Below the pieces are notes generated by a model. It made no database searches. It was given only the letters and a program-made list of their open reading frames with translations, and was not told where the DNA came from. 64,000 nucleotides of DNA from an uncultured Actinomycetes bacterium. GTDB taxonomy: Bacteria; Actinomycetota; Thermoleophilia; RBG-16-64-13. The DNA is taken from NCBI GenBank assembly GCA_963841735.1, contig CAWJDT010000001.1, forward strand, positions 480,001-544,000. The letters run 5' to 3'. A program made the translations under genes and the position numbers. Position 1 is the first letter of the stretch; every line of letters begins with the position of its first letter. Below, one piece after another: positions 59,219-64,000 of the stretch.

Positions 59219-60348
59219 CCGACACGTTGAGCGTGGTCCACGTGGTCTGGGGCGCCGGCTTTGGGGGTATAGAGAGATTCGTGTCCGACCTAGCGCGTGC
59301 GCAGGCAGCGACGGCCCAACTGGACGTCGAAGTCCTCGTTTGCGGGACCACTGCCGACAATCCGTCGCTTGCCAGATACGCGGCGCCTGGAGTTAAAGTC
59401 AGCGCCGGCGGATTGCGCTCGGGGTTCGACATTCGCCGAGGTCCGCTCAAAGCCGTGACGAAGACTCTGGCGGCTGCCGACGTCATTCATATGCACGGCT
59501 TCACGCCCTCGGTCGCCCTTGCCGTCCGTCGAGCCAAGCGTCCTGTGCTCTTTACTGAGCATGGGCTTCTGGGGCTTGACAAGAAATGGCCTTCGCTCGG
59601 CGCGGTCAAACAGACCGCCAAGGGGCTCTTTCTGCGCCGCGAGGCCGCCGTCGTCGCTTGTGTCTCCGAGTGGGTGACCGAAGCTACGAGGCGGAAGTAC
59701 CGCATTGCCCAAGACCGGCTCCACCTGGTGCCTGACGGTGTCGACTTTGCGAGCATCCGCGCCGGGCGGCACCGAGACGAAGTCCTCCTCGACCAGGGGA
59801 TAGACCCCTCGGCCTGGGTAATGGCCGTGACGGCCCGTTTCGTCGATTTCAAACGCATCGACCGGCTCCTCGAGGCAGCGGCCTTGCTACGCAGCGGCGG
59901 GCGAGAGTGGGCTCTCCTTATGGTGGGGAGCGGCCCCCTGGATGATGCTCTGCGCAAACACTCTGCCTCTCTTGGCATCGCCGAAAACGTGCGCTTCCTG
60001 GGATATTGGGACAACGTTTGGGATCTGGTCGCAGCCGCGGATCTTATCCCGGTGCCATCAGATTACGAAGCCTTTGGATTGGTGGTCCTCGAGGCTATGG
60101 CTCTGGGTCGTCCTGTCGTGGCTTTCACCGATGCAGGCGGACCGGCAGAAGTAATCCATAGGGTCGGCGGCGGTTGTCTGGTCGACAGTGTCGCGGCCCT
60201 GGCCTCAATCATGGAGCAAAGCCGCAGCGGCAAGCCACTGAGTGGGTTCAAGCCGCTCGACGAGACCCGGCTCAGGGAGGACTACAGCATTCAAACAGCG
60301 GCGGCCGCCTACGCGAATCTCTATTCCGCCGCCAACAAGAACGCATAG
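59215..60348 (+). CDS. GT4 glycosyltransferase
   Basis: GGIER...LA, TEHG, ARF...KR, EAFGLVVLEAMALGRPVV. Confidence 0.9.
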   Translation: MTDTLSVVHVVWGAGFGGIERFVSDLARAQAATAQLDVEVLVCGTTADNPSLARYAAPGVKVSAGGLRSGFDIRRGPLKAVTKTLAAADVIHMHGFTPSVALAVRRAKRPVLFTEHGLLGLDKKWPSLGAVKQTAKGLFLRREAAVVACVSEWVTEATRRKYRIAQDRLHLVPDGVDFASIRAGRHRDEVLLDQGIDPSAWVMAVTARFVDFKRIDRLLEAAALLRSGGREWALLMVGSGPLDDALRKHSASLGIAENVRFLGYWDNVWDLVAAADLIPVPSDYEAFGLVVLEAMALGRPVVAFTDAGGPAEVIHRVGGGCLVDSVAALASIMEQSRSGKPLSGFKPLDETRLREDYSIQTAAAAYANLYSAANKNA

Positions 60349-60362
60349 AACGGGAGCGAACC

Positions 60363-61340
60363 ACGAGCGTCAGCAATCAGGATCTCCATAGCCTCAGCCG
60401 TTTCGCGTCCGTAGGCCTCTGCCCCCACTGTTGGGGCGAACTGCGGGACGCCGTCGTAGAAGGAGCTGCACTGATCTGCGCCAAGTGCTCCTGCCACGTC
60501 CGCACCAACGCCGGCGTAGTCGCGGCCATGCCTGTCGCAGAGTCGGCCTCCGAGGCAGCTCAGCCGGCGGGGGAAGCGGAGGGGTGGGCTGCCGGCATCG
60601 CCGCCGATATGGACTCCAAGTCCGACACCTATGTCGACAAGTATGACCGCCGCACCCGGGCAAGTAACGGCTTCCTTATCCGACGGGAGCGCGCACTCGA
60701 GATGGCGGGCGACGCGCCCGGCCGAGTGCTCGAGGCCGGCTGCGGCCCCGGTGTCGTGTCGCCCATTCTCTCCGAACGCGGCATCGACACCCACGGCGTC
60801 GACCTCTCTGCCGGCCAGCTTCAAACGGCGGCGGAGCGCGACCCCAATACCCTATACGTCCAGGGAGACCTCGAGAGGCTCCCGTACAGGAGCGGCATGT
60901 TCGACACGATCATGCTACTGGGGGTCTTTGAGTATGTAGAAAGACCCGAGAGCGTCGCCCGCGAGCTGGCCCGCGTGATGAAGCCCGGAGGCCGTCTCGT
61001 TGTTTCGGTGCCGAACGCTCGGGGCTTGGAGCGCCTGTGGACCCACTACGCCTACCTGCCCTTCTCCCGTTTGGCCAAACGGACGCTCGGCAGGCCCGTC
61101 TCCGCCTATTCGCGTAGGCTCTACTCTCTCAACAGCCTTGCCGCGCTACTTGAGAGGGCAGGGCTTCACGTTGAGCAGACAAGCTTCTTCGACGTGGTGC
61201 TGGCGGCGCCGCCCCTGGACCGGCTGCTCGGTGACGGCACACCCAGGATAGCCACCTCCCTGGAGAAGCGGCTGCATGGGAGGCTACGAAGATTGCTGGC
61301 GAGCCAGATCATCGTAAGCGCGACGGACTCGGGCTCATGA
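60363..61340 (+). CDS. Class I SAM methyltransferase with N-terminal Trm112-like Zn ribbon (start codon atypical)
   Basis: CPHC..CAKC, VLEAGCGPG, GDLERLP, RVMKPGG..SVPN. The first in-frame ATG (60528) lies after the Zn ribbon; an ACG at 60363 follows GGAG. Confidence 0.8.
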   Translation, partial: TSVSNQDLHSLSRFASVGLCPHCWGELRDAVVEGAALICAKCSCHVRTNAGVVAAMPVAESASEAAQPAGEAEGWAAGIAADMDSKSDTYVDKYDRRTRASNGFLIRRERALEMAGDAPGRVLEAGCGPGVVSPILSERGIDTHGVDLSAGQLQTAAERDPNTLYVQGDLERLPYRSGMFDTIMLLGVFEYVERPESVARELARVMKPGGRLVVSVPNARGLERLWTHYAYLPFSRLAKRTLGRPVSAYSRRLYSLNSLAALLERAGLHVEQTSFFDVVLAAPPLDRLLGDGTPRIATSLEKRLHGRLRRLLASQIIVSATDSGS

Positions 61341-62509
61341 ACCGCACCGTCGCCGTTGTCACCAACATCCCGCGGCCCTATCGTCGCGCGCTGTTCGATA
61401 CCGTCGGCCAACAGCTCGAGGCCCAAGACCTTGAACTCCGGCTCCTCTACACGTCGGATCCCACCAAACACATCCGCCGCGGGCTGCCCCCGACAGATTT
61501 CGCCGACCCCACCGTCGAGGCATACGTATCCGGCATCAGTGTGCGCACCGGATTCGAGCGAGTAGTAGCCGTTCCCACCGGTCTCAGCCACGTACTCGAT
61601 CGTCACCGCCCGGCCTGTGTGGTCGCGGGGGGCTTCGGCCCCAGCGCGGTCATGAGCGCCCGCTGGTGCCGCAAAGCCAAGGTGCCATGCATCCTCTGGT
61701 CCGGCGGTTGGCCGGGGCAGGAGGGGAAGATCGGCCGACTACGGAGGGCGGCCCGAAGGCGCCTCGTCCGCAACAGCGCAGCGTTCGTGGCCTACGGCAC
61801 GGCGGCAGCGGAGTATCTGACGACATTGGGCGCGCCCCCTGAGCAAGTCTTCTGTGCTTGGAACACGGTGGATCTGGAGGGCATAGCCGCGGCCGCCCGA
61901 GCCGCGGCGGCCAGGAGATCGGAATTGGCACCCAAGTTCGCGATCGCCGCGAGGAACTTGCTCTTTGTGGGATCGCTGGTGGAACGCAAGGGCCTTCGCG
62001 AGCTGGTGGCTGCGGCCCTGGCGGCGGAATCGCCCAGCACCGATTGGGCGCTCCATCTGGCGGGTGGCGGACCGCTCCAACACGAGCTGGAGGCGACCGT
62101 AGTGGCAGCCGGCAAGCAGGCCAACTTCCGCTTCCATGGGTTGTTGCCCGAGAGTGACGTCGCCGAACTATTGGGACTGGTGGATGGGTTCCTCCTGCCT
62201 ACCAAGCGCGAAGCCTGGGGATTGGTGGTCAACGAAGCCATGGCGTGCGGTGTGCCAACAGTGTCTTCTCCCTGGGCCGGCGCCACTCGGGACCTCATCG
62301 AAGACGGCGTCACGGGCTATGTTGTCGAGCCCACCGATACCCCCGCACTCGCGGCGATCATCTCCCGCCTCCTTTCCGACGATTCCAGAGTCAGAGAGGT
62401 GGGCAAAGCCGGGGCCACCGCGGTGCGAGCCAAGGCATCTTTGGAGAAGGCGGCCGAGGGCTTCGTGTCGGCAATACGATGCGCTCTGGACGGGCCCCGG
62501 AATGACTGA
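61337..62509 (+). CDS. GT4 glycosyltransferase
   Basis: TNIP.PYR..LF, FVGSL.ERKG, EAWGLVVNEAMACG.P. Confidence 0.9.
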   Translation: MNRTVAVVTNIPRPYRRALFDTVGQQLEAQDLELRLLYTSDPTKHIRRGLPPTDFADPTVEAYVSGISVRTGFERVVAVPTGLSHVLDRHRPACVVAGGFGPSAVMSARWCRKAKVPCILWSGGWPGQEGKIGRLRRAARRRLVRNSAAFVAYGTAAAEYLTTLGAPPEQVFCAWNTVDLEGIAAAARAAAARRSELAPKFAIAARNLLFVGSLVERKGLRELVAAALAAESPSTDWALHLAGGGPLQHELEATVVAAGKQANFRFHGLLPESDVAELLGLVDGFLLPTKREAWGLVVNEAMACGVPTVSSPWAGATRDLIEDGVTGYVVEPTDTPALAAIISRLLSDDSRVREVGKAGATAVRAKASLEKAAEGFVSAIRCALDGPRND

Positions 62510-63746
62510 CGCCGGCGCCGGCCCGGCCGGACCAGGCCCCGCGACGGCGAGCCCCCTTGGGGGGAGCCTCCCGGCGGCCAGCGCCGCCCCCGCCACACCA
62601 AGCGACCCCCTCCCTAAAGTGCTTATCATCGGCCCAGTACCGCCGCCGGCGTTCGGCGTGGCCAAAGCCACCAAGTTGATGCTTGAGTCGCCGGTCCTGG
62701 CAGAGCGAATCGACATTTTGCACCTCGATATCAGCGACGCCCGCGGAGTGGCCAACATGGGGCTACTCGACTGGCGCAACTCCTTCCTTGGGGTGAGACA
62801 CATATGGCAACTGCTGCGTCTGCTGGACAGGAAACGCCCCCAGGTGACGCTGCTCACCGCGTCGCAGGGCAGACTCGGGCTGATGCGCGACGTTCTCTTT
62901 GTCTGGTCGGCCCGCGGATTCGGCTCGAAGGTGGTCACGTATCTCAGGGGCAGCCGGTATGCCGACACTCGGGCCAATGAAGGCGGGTTCGCGTCGGTCG
63001 CCCTCCGCTCCATCTTCAAGTCGAGCGCCCGCGTCATCGTTCTGGGCGAAAGCCTCGTGACCATGGCCAAAGCCGTCTACCCCTACACCCGCGTCGCCGT
63101 GGTGCCCAACGGGTGCCCGGTCGCGGTGCCGGAGACTGAGGTGGGCGCGCGCGACCCAGACCACCCGGTGCTGCTCTACATTGGGCGCCTGGGGCCGGCA
63201 AAGGGCATCGAAGACGCCCTACGCGCCGCCGCGAAAGTGGCGCCTTCGGTCCCCGACCTGGAGTTCATTCTGTGCGGAGAGTGGGAACCGCCCGAATACG
63301 AGACGCAGATGAGGCTGCTCGTGGGTGATCTGGGTCTCTCCGAAACCGTCCGCTTCCCCGGCCCAACCAGCGGCGAGGAGAAGGAGAACCTGCTCGCGCG
63401 GGCTTGGGCGCTGGTGGTGCCCTCGCACTCCGAGGGCCACCCCTGGGTCATCCTTGAGGCGATGAGCGCCGGGGTGCCGGTGGTCGCTACCAACACCGGA
63501 GCCGTCGCCGAGACAGTCGAGGACGGCGTCGGCGGCTTCGTGGTGCCGGTAGGAGACGTCGAGTTCCTGGCAAGACGAGTCACCGAGCTCCTGAGCGACG
63601 ACGACCTTTGGAAGCGGATGTCCGAAGCATGCGCGCAACGGCACCGAGAGCGATTCACCGTAGAGCAAAGCCACGCGGCCTTGGCGGAGGAACTCTGCCG
63701 AGTTGCCGGTGAAGACCGAAGACCAACTCAAAGAGGGGGTGAGTAG
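62502..63746 (+). CDS. GT4 glycosyltransferase
   Basis: GP.PPP..G, VPNG, IGRL..AKG, EGHPWVILEAM.AG.PVV. Confidence 0.9.
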   Translation: MTDAGAGPAGPGPATASPLGGSLPAASAAPATPSDPLPKVLIIGPVPPPAFGVAKATKLMLESPVLAERIDILHLDISDARGVANMGLLDWRNSFLGVRHIWQLLRLLDRKRPQVTLLTASQGRLGLMRDVLFVWSARGFGSKVVTYLRGSRYADTRANEGGFASVALRSIFKSSARVIVLGESLVTMAKAVYPYTRVAVVPNGCPVAVPETEVGARDPDHPVLLYIGRLGPAKGIEDALRAAAKVAPSVPDLEFILCGEWEPPEYETQMRLLVGDLGLSETVRFPGPTSGEEKENLLARAWALVVPSHSEGHPWVILEAMSAGVPVVATNTGAVAETVEDGVGGFVVPVGDVEFLARRVTELLSDDDLWKRMSEACAQRHRERFTVEQSHAALAEELCRVAGEDRRPTQRGGE

Positions 63747-63751
63747 GCAGA

Positions 63752-64000
63752 ATGTGCGGCATCTGTGGCATGACGTTTCCGGTGGACCACGCAGGCGCTC
63801 GACTGCATGCTGGCCGCCACCCTCCATCGTGGGCCCGACGACGGCGGCACCTTCGTCTCCGCCGACGGGGCCATCGGCCTGGGTAGCCGCCGCCTCAGCA
63901 TCATCGACCTATCCCCCGCCGGCCACATGCCCATGATCTCCGACGACGGGCGCGTGGTCGTGGCCTACAACGGCGAGATCTACAACTACCGCGAGCTTCG
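63752..64000 (+). CDS. asnB: Asparagine synthase-like glutamine amidotransferase (3'-truncated by window edge, frameshift near 63790)
   Basis: MCGICG start; HRGPDD, RRLSIIDL, YNGEIYNYREL in the +1 frame. Confidence 0.88.

Overview
GC-rich bacterial chromosomal window. The sortase, inositol-lipid genes and Thr-rich lipoproteins suggest a monoderm Actinomycetota-like organism, possibly Thermoleophilia (inference only). 1-29 kb holds housekeeping and envelope genes: partial clpB, rlmD, an atypical UDG-fold protein, a PIP-synthase/ino1/PimA-like::PHP inositol-lipid operon, an AI-2E transporter, a degenerate M23 protein, a NUDIX fusion, a divergent YchF, PrsA, tandem cyclases, two EamA transporters, REC-HD-GYP, catalase, an unannotated UxxC selenoprotein peroxiredoxin, DegV and DUF1295. 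29.5-41 kb is one minus-strand run: vapBC, sortase, polyprenyl synthase, selA-selB-selC, a GT2, and three minor type IV pilins behind a sigma-28-type promoter. 41.4-64 kb is a large surface-glycan locus: nucleotide-sugar enzymes, GT4/GT2/GT39, Wzx, Wzy-like, GNATs, deacetylases, methyltransferases and AsnB. About eleven frameshifts, several in homopolymers, suggest indel errors in the assembly. The best novelty candidates are (1) the PimA-like GT fused to a PHP phosphoesterase, a candidate phosphatidylinositol-phosphate phosphatase, (2) the hidden selenoprotein, (3) a structured non-coding block at 19.0-19.4 kb, (4) a putative sigma-28 pilin/sortase regulon and (5) an Arn-like lipid-carrier sugar transfer module. 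No CRISPR array, integrase or transposase was seen.
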